From Antedon mediterranea (lineage: Eukaryota > Animalia > Echinodermata): DNA of 64,000 bases. A program made the position numbers and the translations under genes. Position 1 is the stretch's first letter. Every line of letters starts with the position of its first letter. This document shows, one piece after another, positions 48,801 through 62,918 of the stretch. The notes under the pieces were generated by a model, which saw only the letters and a program-made list of their open reading frames with translations, had not been told where the DNA came from and searched no databases. Location of the stretch: NCBI RefSeq assembly GCF_964355755.1, contig NC_092674.1, forward strand, positions 16,306,001 to 16,370,000, read 5' to 3'.

Positions 48801-51057
48801 GAAGAAATGGTTGTAGACTTCCGTAAATCACTTAATGTCAATTATCCAATATTTATTAATGGTATATCAGACGAGTTTGTACTGTAGAAGAATTTAAATT
48901 TTTGGGTATTTATATTTCTAATGATGAGAAGTGGCATATTAACACACAAAACATTAATATTAGAAAGGCCCAGAGAAGAATCTACTACCTACGTAGTCAT
49001 TTGGTATAAACTCTGCAATAATGTCGTCCTTCTATAGGTCAGTTATATTATAGAGAGTATCAAAACGTATTCTTTAACAGTATGGTCCGGTAGCGCTACC
49101 GAAAATGTAAAACGTGACCTAAACTGGATCTGCACAATTGCCTTTGGAGAACATATTTTCGGATCGTCTTCTGAAAAAGGCAGTTGCTATCAAAGATGAT
49201 CAATTTCATCCGGCCTCTAGTATGTTCCAGTTAATGCGCAGCGGTCAGTGATTTCGTTCTATTAAGGCCAATAAGGCACGATTTACAAATAGTTTCTTTC
49301 CAGGAGCTATTAGAGCCTTAAACATCATGTAGACACTTTTTGTAATGTTTTTGTTTTGAGTTTGTGTTGCGTCCGTTGGATTGTGCTCCGCCAACAGAGC
49401 AAACAGAATTTCTATATTTTTTTCTTAAAACAAATGACAATAAATGATACTTGACTTGACTTGATCAATAAATACAGTGGCTGAAAAAGTTATTTTGGTA
49501 TCTCTTAAGGTCTGTGTGTGCTTTAGTGTGAAATGTTGCTTTCTTTCCAGTCTCATCACAAGTCTGAATATGCCCATATATGTTTAGTTACAGAACAAAT
49601 TATTTTGGTATGGATGAAGAAAAACAAACATTTTCTTTCAAGTCATTTTAGTTTTTGATGAAGTGTTGTAAATAAGGCCAACTGGTGGGTTCTTATTTTT
49701 AGTTTTACCATATTTTAAGCTTAGCCTTATTTTCTTAGGTTTTTCCAGGTGAGATCTTGTACTTAAAGCAACTTGAAGTTTTGAAGATGCGTAATAATCC
49801 ACTCAAAGAGCTTCCTCAAGATATCAACAGATTAACAAAGCTTCAAACGCTGGTTGTCTCTTTTTGTTTAATTACATCATTACCACTGAGGTTAGTCAAT
49901 TAACATAGTGTTCTAGTATTAAGTTCAATACAGGTTTGCAAAATGAAGATTAATCCAAATCCTATTAATATATACCATGATTACTAATTAATATGTATAC
50001 TGTAAAGCAGTAGGTGCGAAAAATAAAGTAGCATCATAAATTCACCTATACGGTGATTATATTTTTTCAGGTGTAATTAAAACAAATTGCAACTGGACTG
50101 GGCGAAAATGTTTCCTCAATCCGCTTGCTCTTCACCCAACAATTGAGAAGGGTGCTAGCTGGTTTTATCGCTAAATAGCAAGTTTGATTTTAAGATATAA
50201 CAGCTTTACAGCAGTTTTTAGTAAATTTGTAATTCAATGTATATTTTGTACTTGCTTGAAGAATCTAATAAATATTTAATAAGTTGTAATGTGTAATGTT
50301 GGTAAATCCGTTCATTTTTGGAGTGTCCACTATTTAGTGTGTGTGTAGTAAAAACGATTAGTTGCATCCCTAAATTTACAATCGCGCATTCTATATTATT
50401 CACTGCACGATATTTGAGAAGAAAACAATTACTGTTCACCAAATTATACAAGAAAAGGAAATTGCGAAACTACAGTAAAAGGTCGCAAAACAGTTGGAAT
50501 TGTAAAATCTAAAAAATGTTAGGGCCGCAATGTTCTTATTTTGAGTTTATTTAACTTTGGTTTATTGATTGGCTTGATTCCTATTTAAAAATGCATATTT
50601 TCTTTATAGTTTGTACACACTCCCATTGCAGTTTCTAGATTTATCACACAACAAGATATCTTTTCTACCCAATGAAATTAAACAATTGAAGTAAGTTCTG
50701 TTTACAATCACTTTTTGACTTGTTTAGTTTAAATTTTGTGCTGAGCAAGTAAACAAATGTGAATCTTCTTATTATGGCACTAACAAAATATAATCTGAAA
50801 AATAAATGTATGTATATTTTGATTTATTATTTTTTAAGTATATTTACATTATAACAGCATTTTGTTTATTTAATATATATGGTAATGGTAAATTTTTGGA
50901 TTATTGCAGGAAATTAAGAGCGTTAAATTTAGATGGTAACCAGTTAGCTGCCATGCCTGCGGGTTCACTCAAACTTCACAACTTGGAATATCTCCGTGTA
51001 TATAACAATTACATGCATCCATATCTCTGGTTTGAAAACAGTACAAATACTCCACAG
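36842..51057 (+). CDS. LRRC63: Leucine-rich repeat-containing protein 63 orthologue (3' exons not found in the window)
   Basis: Phase-consistent GT-AG exons 36842-36853, 39371-40037, 40312-40501, 40692-40780, 42576-42664, 43023-43106, 49739-49890, 50610-50690 and 50910-51057. Motifs [50 protein letters not shown] and NNYMHP..W.EN..N.PQ match vertebrate LRRC63 as I recall it. Confidence 0.88.
36905..37610. repeat. TAGGCCTA/CTAG-rich low-complexity palindromic tract in LRRC63 intron 1
   Basis: Dense TAGGCCTA and CTAGCTAG motifs. Confidence 0.8.
38260..39240. repeat. Degenerate tandem subrepeats (~115 bp), probably the interior of a DNA transposon
   Basis: Recurring CAGCTCTATTTTTCAAAATTTTCTTAGCTCAGTCCCAACCATGG-like unit. 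Confidence 0.6.
43407..44963 (-). mobile_element. Internally deleted Ty3/Gypsy LTR retrotransposon
   Basis: Direct repeats 43407-43497 and 44857-44963. PBS TGGTGGCGG follows the 5' LTR and a purine tract lies at ~43560-43575. Gag N-terminus ([20 protein letters not shown]...[13 protein letters not shown]) is joined to the integrase end ([22 protein letters not shown]). Confidence 0.85.
44964..47400 (-). mobile_element. Degraded CR1/L2-group LINE
   Basis: PHD-like Cys/His segment, APE motifs (SETWF, GGSAIYI, GDFN), RT motif [15 protein letters not shown], and a (TTGAAAC)n tail. Confidence 0.85.
47980..49463 (+). mobile_element. Degraded Rex1/Babar-like LINE
   Basis: [29 protein letters not shown] and PQGCVLSP motifs in broken frames; (ACTTG)n tail. 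Confidence 0.85.
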
Positions 51058-51779
51058 GTAAAAATTAGTCATTCATTTTAACTACTGTAACTAGAGATGA
51101 TTCTAGGCCAGTTTTCCAAATCCCTCACGGTTCAGCAGTAACTACCAGTTTAGCCGACTGCATAATACGATGGTAAATTAGAGTACACAGCCCCCATTCG
51201 TCTTGGTATAGTGTTCGACACTAACAATTCTAGAAGGGGTGCCCAAAAATTTGAACAATTTAATGACGTCATTTTGACCACACCCCTTTTAAATATAGTA
51301 ATTATTATGTAGCTATGTGAACATTAAGAAAATCTATAAATTACATAAATATGTCAAGTTTGGTATCAAATTATAGCTTATGACATGTACAATACCAATA
51401 AAATGAGAAAAATAAAATTTCACAATATAATGACATCATCAAAGCCACACCCATTATATGTAATAACTTTGTGGAAAAATAAAAATTGAAGAAATCAAAT
51501 TAATATGGCAAGTTTGGTATTAAATTAAAGCTTATGACATGTACAAAACCACGGAACTATGTAAAATATAATGATGCCATTACTTAAGCCACACCCATTA
51601 GTGGCGGTTTCATCGCTGTTGGTTGACAACTGAATAAAATAAAATAAATAAATAAATTATATGATGTGTATATTATATATATAAATCAAAAGGCAAATTA
51701 CTGAAAAAATGACAATGCTGTGGGTATCAGTGGCTCTGAGGCTTGTCTGAATTTAGAGAAGGTGATGCATTTTACAGCT

Positions 51780-52730
51780 CTCTTATGTATTTCCACGTAT
51801 TAAGTTACCATACTGAAAGTGAGGTAATACTAAGGTGTTATACAGACTAATACGGACTTTATGAGGAAAGAATTCTCTTACTTTTAAAAGTATACCAGTT
51901 GCCCTAATAAGCTGTATGTGATGTTTCCAGTTAAAATTTCCGTTTAAATTACACCTAGAAATGTTACATTTTTTTTTTCTATGTAATAGCACATTATTCA
52001 TTTTGATTTCAAACTGGTTTTTGTCGAAGTACTTTTGGGTAGTTCTAAAAACAACGTAATTAGTTTTGCTGACATTCAGTAACAAGCTTATTTGGCTTTA
52101 AGCCATACGTTTATTTTTTCTAGTTCAATATTCATAATATGGTTTAACATTGTAGGGTCATCTTCCCTTGTTATACAAGTTGTGTCGTCGGCAAAACTTA
52201 TTATATCTACTTTACTACTTGCTCGACTTATATCATTGAGGTAAATCAAAAACAAAAGTGGTCCTAAAACAGAGCCCTGTGGCACTCCTATATTGGTGTC
52301 TTTTAAACATGATGAGCTACCATTGGCATAAAAATATTGTTTGCGGCCACTTAAAAAGTTTCTAAGCCGCATTAAAACGATGCCTCTTATACCATAATGC
52401 GCCAATTTGCTTTTGACAAATCCATAAAGGTAGTAAGTGCATATTCCTTTTTTTCAAATGCATTTAATATACTATGGACCAAGTCGATCATAGCATGAGA
52501 AGTTGAGTGTTTGTTTCTAAATCCATATTGATTGTTGCTTAACACTTTGAATTTTGTATAATTGATTATGGATAATCTTTTCAAAAACTTTCGAAAAAAT
52601 GGGCAACAGCGATATGGGACGATAGTTTGAGACCAAATGGCGGTCCCCTTTTTTATGTATAGGAACTACTTTGGAAATTTTCAACTTCCCTGGTATCAGT
52701 CCAGTTTGAAGTGATAAATTTAAAATATAC
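51780..52730 (-). mobile_element. CR1/L2-group LINE reverse-transcriptase fragment
   Basis: QYGFR, MDLSKA, GVPQGSVLGPLLFLIY and FADDT motifs with frameshifts. Confidence 0.88.
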
Positions 52731-55700
52731 TTCCTTTACAACTTTTGGCTCCCTGACAAGGAATGAACCTTCAATTCAATACAGTTTGTATGATTTAGAG
52801 TTCCATTTTATCCGTTGCAACCAATAAAATTAATTTGTGTACAGGTCGATCAAGTGTCTTTTCCAATTTTGAGTTGTACTTTCCGCACAAGTCCATCTTC
52901 ACTGGCATACACATTTGTTATTATTTCAAGTTTCCACTGGTTTCTAGCAGCATTATCGTCCTTTATCAAAACAACATCTCCAATTTCCATATTACGTTTT
53001 TGGCAAGTCCATTTCTGACGAGTCTGAAGAGTTGTAATGTGCTCCTTTTTCCAGCGTTGCCAGAACTGTTCCGCAACATACTGCACTCTTTGCCATCGTC
53101 GACGACAATACACATCTGTATTCTGGAACCTACCTGGGGGAGGAAGAATAACTTTCGCCTTCATGGTTAATAAACGGTTTGGAGTAAGAGGTTCGGGTGA
53201 ATCAACCTCGAATAAAGTATTTATAGTTAAAGGGCGAGAGTTTACAATATTTTGAACTTCGGCTAATAATGTTCTGAAAGATTTGTCATCAAGTTGCTCG
53301 CCACAACGTTGTAGTAGAAGTTTTAGCGCACTTCTTACTTTACGTATCATGCGCTCCCATATGCCACCCATGTGGCTAGCTGACGGGACGTTGAACTTAA
53401 ACGAAATCCAGTCGCAGTTTTCATCTAACAGATATTGTCTAGTTTCTCTTCTTGAAATTCATTTCGAGCGGCAATAAAATTTGTACCTTTAGTCTGACCG
53501 AATTTAACGAACCGCCCCACGAATACTAATAAATCGTCTTAGCGAGTTGATGAAAGAATCGGTCTCTATCGAGTTCAAAGATTCTAGATAAACAGCCCTA
53601 GATGCAAGACATGTATACAATGCACCGTACCGCTTCACCTTATTTCGTCTATCTTTAATAAGAAAAGGTCCAAAAATGTCAACAGCACAATATAGTACAG
53701 TCACATATGTAAGGAAAACTAGCTCCAGCTCGATATTAGTGCCAAAATAGATTTTATTGGCTAACTTTGTTATTCTTGAGTTGCTGAATTCAAAAAGTTA
53801 GGTGCCATTTTTTTCGACCACTCCTTCATGATAACATAATTTTATTGAATATAAATTAAATCGGTGGCATATTCTAATGCTCACAAGAATACAAATACTA
53901 ACAACAAACGGACACAATAGGATCATGCCCAAGAAAAATAAAATAATAATAATTCAAAACGCACCGATGACTGAAAGGCCGATTCTATCTCCTACCGGTG
54001 TGTGGTCGCAATCAACTGCATTTTTAATAAATATAACTGAGAAATGCAGTAAAAGTAACAAAATTAAAATACAAATTTATAAAAGGGAATTCAATAACTG
54101 AAATCGTTACATACGGTATATATTTATAAAGTGTCTGTAGTTAAAAGATTTCGTTTTTCTCAAACTAATTTGAATATTATTGCTGGAAAGAGGATTTTGT
54201 TTCCCTTATTTCCAATAAGTTCTTAAAGTTAAGTTACCAGAAACAAGTATAGTTTGATTAATTATTCTATGTGACTTTTAATAATAACCACGTATAGTTA
54301 GGATTTACATTTAGACGTTAAAAACACCGAATTCGTTTCTTTACAATATCGATTGGTAGTTTGTAAAGGCAGTAGGACACTGACTTCTCTTTATTTCGTG
54401 TAAACTTTATTTGAGGAAAACTAATTCATTTTATTTATTTTTTTTTTTTTAATTCTTAAGATTTTTTCACTGTATAATAATATCCAATGAAAAAATGTTT
54501 GCTGCTGCACTTCATCTGAGGTTCAAAGGGAAAGGCATGCCAATTAACATTGGCATTGTGCACAGATGGCTTTATATTGTGTGGTAACCGCTTTGACAAA
54601 AATACAAATGATTTTGAACACTACGCAAATGATACCATGACCCGTAGCATTTTTTTCTTTTTACGAAAAACAGAAATGTAAACTACTAAAAAAAAAATAG
54701 ATTCAGAATTTCTATCCAACGAAACAAACCAAAGATGTGACTTGACAACAGTTTATTTCACCTTTGTTCACAGACTATAGTTATTTTGATTTTAAAGTAA
54801 ATAACTCGGAAATTTGACATTGAAGTTAAGTGTAATCCAGTACCGTACGGTACTTGTTTAGTATTAAGATAATATATAATATACTATAAAACATATAAAT
54901 GGACAATAACAAAGTAGAATGAAAATCAAACAAACATTTGAATGAATTGTAAGAAAAACCGTATTTATCTTAATACGAAGGAGACTACTTTTGTCATTGT
55001 TAAAATGAGTATAGCGATTTAATGAATAGGCAAACTGCCTTAAAATGTGACATGTTTCGAGAAACTATTCTCATCAGAAGAAGAACAGAAAACAACGCCT
55101 AAAGTACTTATATACCAATAGGACAGATTGTATGTAAATAAGAAAGTGATTAGCATGAAAAAACAACAAGGAACATTTAAAAACAATTTATTTACATAAT
55201 TGGAAAATTATGACAATAAACAAAGTAAAATAGAATAGATATTAGTAAAACTGTATTTAGAATAAAAAAATCTATCCAACAATACCAAACAGTACAGTAT
55301 TTTGATGAAATTGCATTTTGACCTCTTGACCTTTATTGGTCACGTGATTTGTTTTATTTCGCAATAACTATGTAACTATGCGGTTATTGATATGGGTGTA
55401 ATGGAATAAAATAATCAGTATTACATTCCCTTTCCAATGATACCATGGATGACCAAGTTTAGTGTGGAACGTCAGCCATTTTGAAATACAAAATGGCGGC
55501 TGAAGGAGTGGTCGAAAAAAATGGCACCTAACTTTTTTGGATTCAGCATCTCAAGAATAACAAAGTTAGCTAAAAAAATCTATTTTGGCACAAATATCGA
55601 GCTGGAAGACATAATAACCCGTACTAATAAGTAAAGGGAGGATGTTGTTCTAGTCTATCCAAAGGAAGGTTGGCCATTTTTAGGGTTGATAATGGTCCCC

Positions 55701-58700
55701 TTAGTTTTCGGCAAGTTACACACTTATAAATGTATTGTGATGTAGCTGAATTACCACCCACGATCCAGTATCCATTTTTCCTTATGCAATTATGTGTCGT
55801 ACTTCTGCCCATATGATTAACCTTCTTGTGGTAATAATTGTGGATTTTCTTGGGATTACGATGGGATGTTTTACCTCATTTGGAGCTACCGCATTTCTCA
55901 TTCTCCTACCGACTCTTAACAAGTTCATCTTCGTCTAGGAAGGGATCCAGACGATATATTCCAATGGTTCGTTTCAAATTACGATTTCTTTTCTTAGTCT
56001 CTTTGTTTTGTATTTCTTCAGATACCACATAATACAGATTTTTCGCTAGAGAAATATTCAGATTGAACAGATTTTAAGATAATTGATTCGCTAACTTGTA
56101 AGTCTTGAACATTAAGTTGTATGTCTGCGGATATTCTATCCATTACTCCACCTTTCTTGATTGGAACATTTGCTGCCAGCATCATTTTTTTTTTAAGTAA
56201 GAAGTTGTGCTACGACTTCCTTAAGTAACATCCAATTTGACAACAGGCTGTAAATACATTTGAGTGGATCATCATTCTGAAAGACAACTTTATCAACATT
56301 AGTGTGGAATGAATGCATACATTTTAGTTCCGAAGCAACAGTTTTACGAGATTCTTCATTGGTGAAGAAATGTAGGACCACTCGCCCATATGGTATCCGA
56401 GATCAATTGCTTAGCATGCACACCTCTACTGACTTTATCACTCGGATTAGAAAATGATTATATTATGTAATTCCAATTTTCTATTGCCGTTGATTTGTTA
56501 AACCCGGTTTGCTACATAAACTTGATATCTTTTGTATTCGTTTTGCAAATTTCCAAGGACTACCATACTGTCCGTCCAGAAGTATTCTCTTAAATCATAC
56601 GGCAACTCTTGCTTTACAAATTCACTTACACGAGCAGATAGCACCGCTGCTGTTAGTTCTAGTTTCGGTATAGAGATCTTCCTCTTAGCTGGCGTCACTC
56701 TTGCTTTAGCTAGTAGAAGAGAAATAGAAGGAATGTTATCATGATTTATCAATCTTAAATACGTGCATTGGCCATATGGTACTTCACTGGCATCTGAGAA
56801 ATAGTGGATTTCTGCCTGCTTGGCTTGACTTCTCCGAACCCTTGTGGTTTGTAACATCGACTGACTTGTAGTTTTCCAAGATGAGCGATATCTTCATACC
56901 ACTGTAACCAACTGGTCCGTAATTCAGATGTTAACGGTTCGTCCCAGTCTAAATTCTGCTTACACATAGCCTGTAAAATCAGCTTTCCTGTAATTAGTAC
57001 CGGAGCTGCAAATCCGAATGGATCATAAATAGAACAAATAGTACCTAAAATAGTCCTTCTGGCCGGGGAACGATTGTTCAGTTCAATTCGGAAATTAAAC
57101 GCTTTCCACACACCAAGATATCCCAAGCACCCGTTCCAGCGGTAATGGGTCAGATTTAGGGTTTATTTCTTTAATTAGTTTACCTCGCTAATCTTGAGGA
57201 ATTGTCTCTAACCATTTTCTGTCATTCGTAACCAACTTGTGTAAGCGTAAACCAGCCTTAGCACACATGGCTGTACTGCTAGAAATCAGATTAATAGCTT
57301 CATCCAGTGATGATACAGATATCAGCCCATCATCTACATAGAAATTGTTACGAATGAAGTTGGCGGCATTCTTACCGAATTTCTTTTCGCCGTCGCTCGC
57401 TGCCCGTTTTAGTCCATAATTTGCACATGCTGGTGAACTGCACCAAATAAGTGCACTTTCATTCGATATTCTTGTATGTACAGTATGTGACACGTAATTT
57501 ATTTTACTATATTACCACAATGCTATCAACAGGAACTGGTTCTGCACATTGATTAATTATTTGGTTCATAAATTTAATGTAGCTAAAGCGTCGCTTTTCA
57601 CTGTTTCTAAATGGAAGAGGCATTTCATAGTGTCCATCAGTACGTTGTTTGATGTTCTCATCCATTACCTGAAGAAATCGTTTCTCTTCCAAAGACAAAG
57701 GTTTCATCTTTTGATCTGAAAAGTCAAGCTCAAACATTTGATTAATTTGTGAAGGTGTTATAATTTCCTTACAGGATGAAGGTAACACGATATTTCTATG
57801 AGATATTGCTGAATCCTCATCTTTACACACAGTTCCTACAATACCCCCATCCCAGTAGCGACTTTTGACCATACGGTTGACTATCACCACCAGCCTTAAT
57901 GTCCCTTGTCGTATGACATTAGGGACGTTATTACCAATCAACAGAGATACTGGTATGTCTGGCATATGCGGAATAATATAGTCGTCAATACATTTTAGAT
58001 GTTCCCATTTACGAGCTACTTCAGGACAAGGTATTTGACTTCTTTCGGCCGAGATGTTTGGTCTACTAAATACAGGTGGTAGGGTGACATTCTCGCTTCT
58101 GTTAAAGCTTATAATTTGAAGACCATTACCTTTTGACAATCCACTACAGTATCAGATGAATGCATCGTAGATAATTTCAACTGAGTTTGTGTACCCTTGA
58201 CTTTCAGCCGTTTTATCAAGTCTTTGTCTATGAAGCATGAATTACTTTGAGCATCAAAAATCCCGTATACAAGATGCTCTGAATGATTTTGCAAGTTACG
58301 TACCCATACTGGAACAATCATCGAATTGTCATTACATTTTCCGATCGATCCGCACACATTTGTTGTCCACCACTTACGGTTTCTTTTCGAAATGTAAGCA
58401 CGTCATATGTTCTTTAGAGCAAGTCCTACACTTAGATTTGTTCCTGCGTTCCTGTTTTTGGTGATTTGCTTTTCAACAACCGAAACACAAGTTGGCTTTA
58501 ATATAAATAAAAACTGCTTTCTAGCGTTTCTTTGGATATCAAGAAAAGTGTTACAATTATCAAAATCATGTTTCACATCATTACAATAATAACATTTCTT
58601 TTGGCAACGACTTTTGTCTATGTTTGTCGAAAGGGAAGAAATTGGTTTGTTTGCAGATTTCCTGGTAGCACTTCCATCTGGAGTAGTGTTGATTTTAGTT

Positions 58701-60090
58701 TGAAACATTCGCCTCTTTTGCCTTCGATCTTAAGAAATTAGAAAACTGCATTAAAGTTGGAAAACTTTGTTTGTTATTTAAATGAGTCTGTACTACTGTT
58801 CTCCATTTGTTTTCAATATAATAAGGTAATTTACATACCAATTTATAGTTCTCCTGAGGATAGTCAAGAATTCCAGAGTCTTCTACCTTCTGTCTTGCGA
58901 CTGCCATCTCAAACACGAAGTCTGAAAATTGTCTCAAACCTATGTTTTCCCGTGGCGACACTTTAGGCCAGGAAGATAATTTAGAAAGAAAGGTATTCGC
59001 TATCACTGAACTATGACCATACCAATCCTTCAACTCATTTCTAGCTAGGTAGTATGCATCCTCGGATTGTAAGAATAAATAATTGTTTACCAGCACTTTT
59101 GGTTGACCTATGAGGTGTTGGCCTAATAGATTTAGCTTCTGATGTTGAAGCAGCTTTCGATGCCAACAACGGTTCAAATGCAGTTTCCCACATAGGAAAT
59201 GCTAACAGGTCCCCGTCAAATTTATCCACCTTTACTGGTGGGAGTCTAAAAGAATCAACTAAACGGTTCAACATAGTTTCTGAATGGAGGATATAACTTG
59301 TTTCGCATAAACGAATTAAGTTTACCTTGATCATATTTTGGAGTAGTATTATGTACTTGAACATCAACCTTATCCACCTGATTCTTTACTTTCTTATCCA
59401 GAAATCTCTCAAGATGTGTTATTCTGTCTCCATAACTGGTTTCTTTAGGAGTTGTAATATCAGAAGTGTATCCTGTTTTATCAATCGTAACAAATTCGTT
59501 ATTTAAGTCTCTAAATGATTCAAGTTGAGCCTCACTCTTTGCTAATTTCTTTGCAATGCGAAGTCAATTGAGCTCGCTAGTTAGACGATTCTCCTCAGCA
59601 CTAAACTCTAATTCTACCTTCAGGGAAGCTTTACTTTCAGCCAGCTTTATTTTCCTATCCATTATAACTAGTAGTACTAGCTGCAACACTAGCAGCAAAC
59701 CCGACACTCGGATCTGACCGTAGAGACACCGTTTCCAATAGCTAGCTGTTCTCAGCTTTAATAAGACAAATCTCGATCCTATTGCATAAACTGTCGTAAT
59801 CCCTGCCATGATCAATCATTCGAAATGAATCCAAGATGAATTTGCATGACTTTGAAATATTCTCTGCTCATGAGACCTCAGCTGATTTATATTTTCTTGA
59901 AAGGCGTTAAACGATACGCATGTATTTATTTCTTCTATTAAATAATAAACTTCGGCCTCACTGGCCTTATATACCCGCTCAGCACTAACCTTATTGGTCG
60001 TCATATTATCGTATCATAAATCAACACAAAATGGCTGACAAAGCTTTATTATCGATGGTCACGTATAGACTGTAACTGCGGCCTCACTGG
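52731..60090 (-). mobile_element. Degraded BEL/Pao LTR retrotransposon
   Basis: Gag (FDGD...WE.AF, Cys knuckles), protease (FDAQSNSCFI), RT (SSPACANY, FYVDDGL), Pao RNaseH region (YDPFGF, FSDASE, IPKLELTAA, FWTDS) and integrase (VDIFGPF, GGIWERMI, PLTPN.LL). GGGGAGCC purine tract at ~52750. Confidence 0.93.
53693..55626. mobile_element. Non-autonomous TIR DNA transposon inserted in the Pao integrase (Academ-like ends)
   Basis: Ends TAGTAC...GTACTA with ~105-bp subterminal inverted repeats (53723-53828 vs 55501-55606). A 3-bp ATA duplication splits the PPFTY|CAVD motif. Confidence 0.8.
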
Positions 60091-60917
60091 CCACTTCTTT
60101 GAGTTGAGATAATTTATTTATTTATTTTTTTTTTTATTCTACAGGCACTTTCAGTACTAGTGCACTGATTTCCAAAGTGGTACAGTAATTGAAAATATAA
60201 CAAACATAATAAAATAAAGACAAAGAGTAATTGAAATATACAATAAAAATAGCAATCAATTTTAGAAAACAAAAAATTCAGTTAAAAATGTTGAGTACTA
60301 ATTGTATTTGGGAATGAAGTTATTGAAAAATCTTTAATGTTAATTTTTAATTCATTTGGAAGTTCATTCCAGAGGTTTTTTTGCCTTGACAAATGTTCCA
60401 GGTGGGGATAACTAAATTGTTATGGCTTTGGCTTCGGGTGCCTTTAGAATGGGTAGTGTTATTAAAAGTCAATTTTGAGGTCAAATATGGAGGAGCACAC
60501 CCTTTTAAACACTTGAAAGTCATCTATATATAAATTATGGTTAATTCTGACATAGGTGAGCACAATGCAAAATCTTCGGTACAAATCTCCGCCTTGGATA
60601 CCTACCTTATCTATCTGAGGTGTACCGTGAAATGTAGATTTGATAACATTAGTGTTCACATCGACGCTATTGTTCCATATTTCTATCTTAGGAAAATATT
60701 ATAAAGAGTTTTTTAACAAAATTTATGATTTCAACATTAGATTTTCATCTAAATTTCAATTCTTCCCGGTCAAAGTAATTTCCGAGTTTAAGATAAGTTC
60801 ACCTTGTACCAACCTGGTTTCAAATATTTTCTCTCTTTTAAACACAAGGGAGTAGTTAAAATAATAGATTTGACCCTAAAGGTGACTGGAAACAGGCACT
60901 TTCCATCAATCAATACA

Positions 60918-62918
60918 GGCCCTGTTCAGACCCATGGCGTTAGACCGTTTTAGCGTACAACGTTACTATCAAGGTCACGTTACAAACCGCAGAGAAAAAA
61001 ACGAGGTGTTCAGACCCATAGCGTACGATTATCGTTACAACGGAAGTACGTCATCCAGGTTGTTTCTAGTTGCATATTCATGTACTCTTACCCACGTGTT
61101 TTCATCATTATTTCCACTGTATATAGGCCTAGATCTCAGCCCTACAATTATGACAAAATTTGCCGTAAATAAAAAATACCTCAGCATTTATTTAAGAAAA
61201 ATATAGTAAAGCCAAATTTCTGTTTCTATTGTTTTTATTTTGTAGTAAAAAACATTTTCCCCAGGCTATTGTGTTACGAAAATAAAACAGGCCTCGTCGT
61301 AATGATGAAGAAAAAAATGATTGTTGATTAGTCTATCCAGTCCAGTCAAAGATATATATTCTTTGGTCCAGTCGGTTGAAAATAACCCTTAACTTGCTAA
61401 TAAAAGGGACACAGCTCCCCTTGTTTGTTTACTGATTTTTTTAGGAGTTAGGGGGTTTTCAGCATTAAACTTGTCCAGTCTAGTCTGCCTTGTATGAATG
61501 AGTGACTTGATGTCCCACGCTAGTTTTTAGCTTGAATGAAATGCGTGAATGGCTCTAGGCCTAGGTAGGCCTAAAAGCGGATGGGATCGTAGTCCCTATG
61601 TTTAAATACAAGGTGCATGTATTTATGTCATTTGTTAGAAAATATGGCGCTAGTTCCGTTTCGCACCTGTCGTTTATTTCGACTCAAAATTGGTTAAGAA
61701 ACTTTATCGTGAGTACCACACCTTAGAATTAGGCCTCAAAAATATTTTTACGAAGGAGATCACACAAAAAATAAAAAATAAATCCTTTAAATTGATGAAT
61801 TTACAGACGTGTTTCTCGCACATCGGTTTGTGAATACTCCATGTTCAATGTTGTTGTTTCTATGGAGCGCCAAAAGAGCAATCATAATAGAGGGCTAAAA
61901 ACTCAGTAAATTGCGTATATTTAATGCATTTATTGGTGAAAATTACGTTCAATTTTATCATACTTTGTCAATGTCAATGCAACAAAAATATTACTGTTGA
62001 TACTGTACATGCTTTTTGCAGGAACTTTTATTTTAGGAATGAAAATCGACAAATTCATCATCATATTACATGTACTGCTGTAGGGGTATACCTGATCTAA
62101 ATAATATTCCTCTTAGTCTTAGTCTATAGCCTAGTCTTACTCTTAGTTAGGCCTAGGGTTGGTTGCTATTTGAAAACAGCAAATTATTAGCAGTAAAATG
62201 TTACAGCATTTTTATTGACAAAATATATTAAAATTAAACGTGTATTTCAATAATAAATGCATTAAAAGAAGACGCATTTCACTGAGTTTTTAACCATCTA
62301 TTGTTGTTGCTCTTTTGGCGCTCCATAGAAACGAAAATATTGAACTTCGAGTATGCTAAATTCGCGAACGGTATGCCAGCAGAATCATGTCTGTAAAATC
62401 ATCAATTTAAGGATTTATTTGTTACTTTTTATGTGATTCTTCTTCATAAAAGTACTTATGAGGCCCAATTTTAAGGTGTGGTATTCACAATAAGTTGCTT
62501 AACAATTTGGAGTCAAAAGGAAGTCGAAATAAAAACAGGTGCGAAACGGAACTAGCGCCGAAAATATAATGGTAATCAGTTGATAATAGTTTGTAGCCTT
62601 TGTAACAGTTGTATTTGTAGTGTAGTTAGGCCTTATTTATTCTGGCCTTTTTGTTATTGAAATCCATCTTACACATTGACGATACAAGATGTCAGCCTAG
62701 GTCAAACCTTTTTTCGCGTCATAACAGGAAACGTTCTGATTGGATACAACGTTGACTTACAGTAGCGTCGTACGCTAAAACGGTACTATCAACCGTTTTC
62801 CACTACAACGCTACAACCGTTGTACGACGCGTTGTACGCTAATCCCCAACTGTTCAGACACACATTCTTTTAGCGTCGTACGCTAAAACGGTCTAACGCC
62901 ATGGGTCTGAACAGGGCC
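60918..62918. mobile_element. PIF/Harbinger-type non-autonomous transposon
   Basis: 41-bp TIRs GGCCCTGTTCAGACCCATGGCGTTAGACCGTTTTAGCGTAC and a 3-bp ACA duplication. Confidence 0.85.
61646..62559. mobile_element. Foldback MITE with long TIRs and 8-bp TSD (Merlin- or Mutator-type), nested in the Harbinger element
   Basis: GGCGCTAGTTCCGTTTCGCACCTG... inverted over several hundred bp, with GAAAATAT on both sides. Confidence 0.85.

Noticed and set aside
55045-55082. Second hammerhead motif on the minus strand (CTGATGAG...CGAAACATGTC)
   Set aside because: Stem II is mispaired and stem I is absent; at most a dead Penelope-type remnant.
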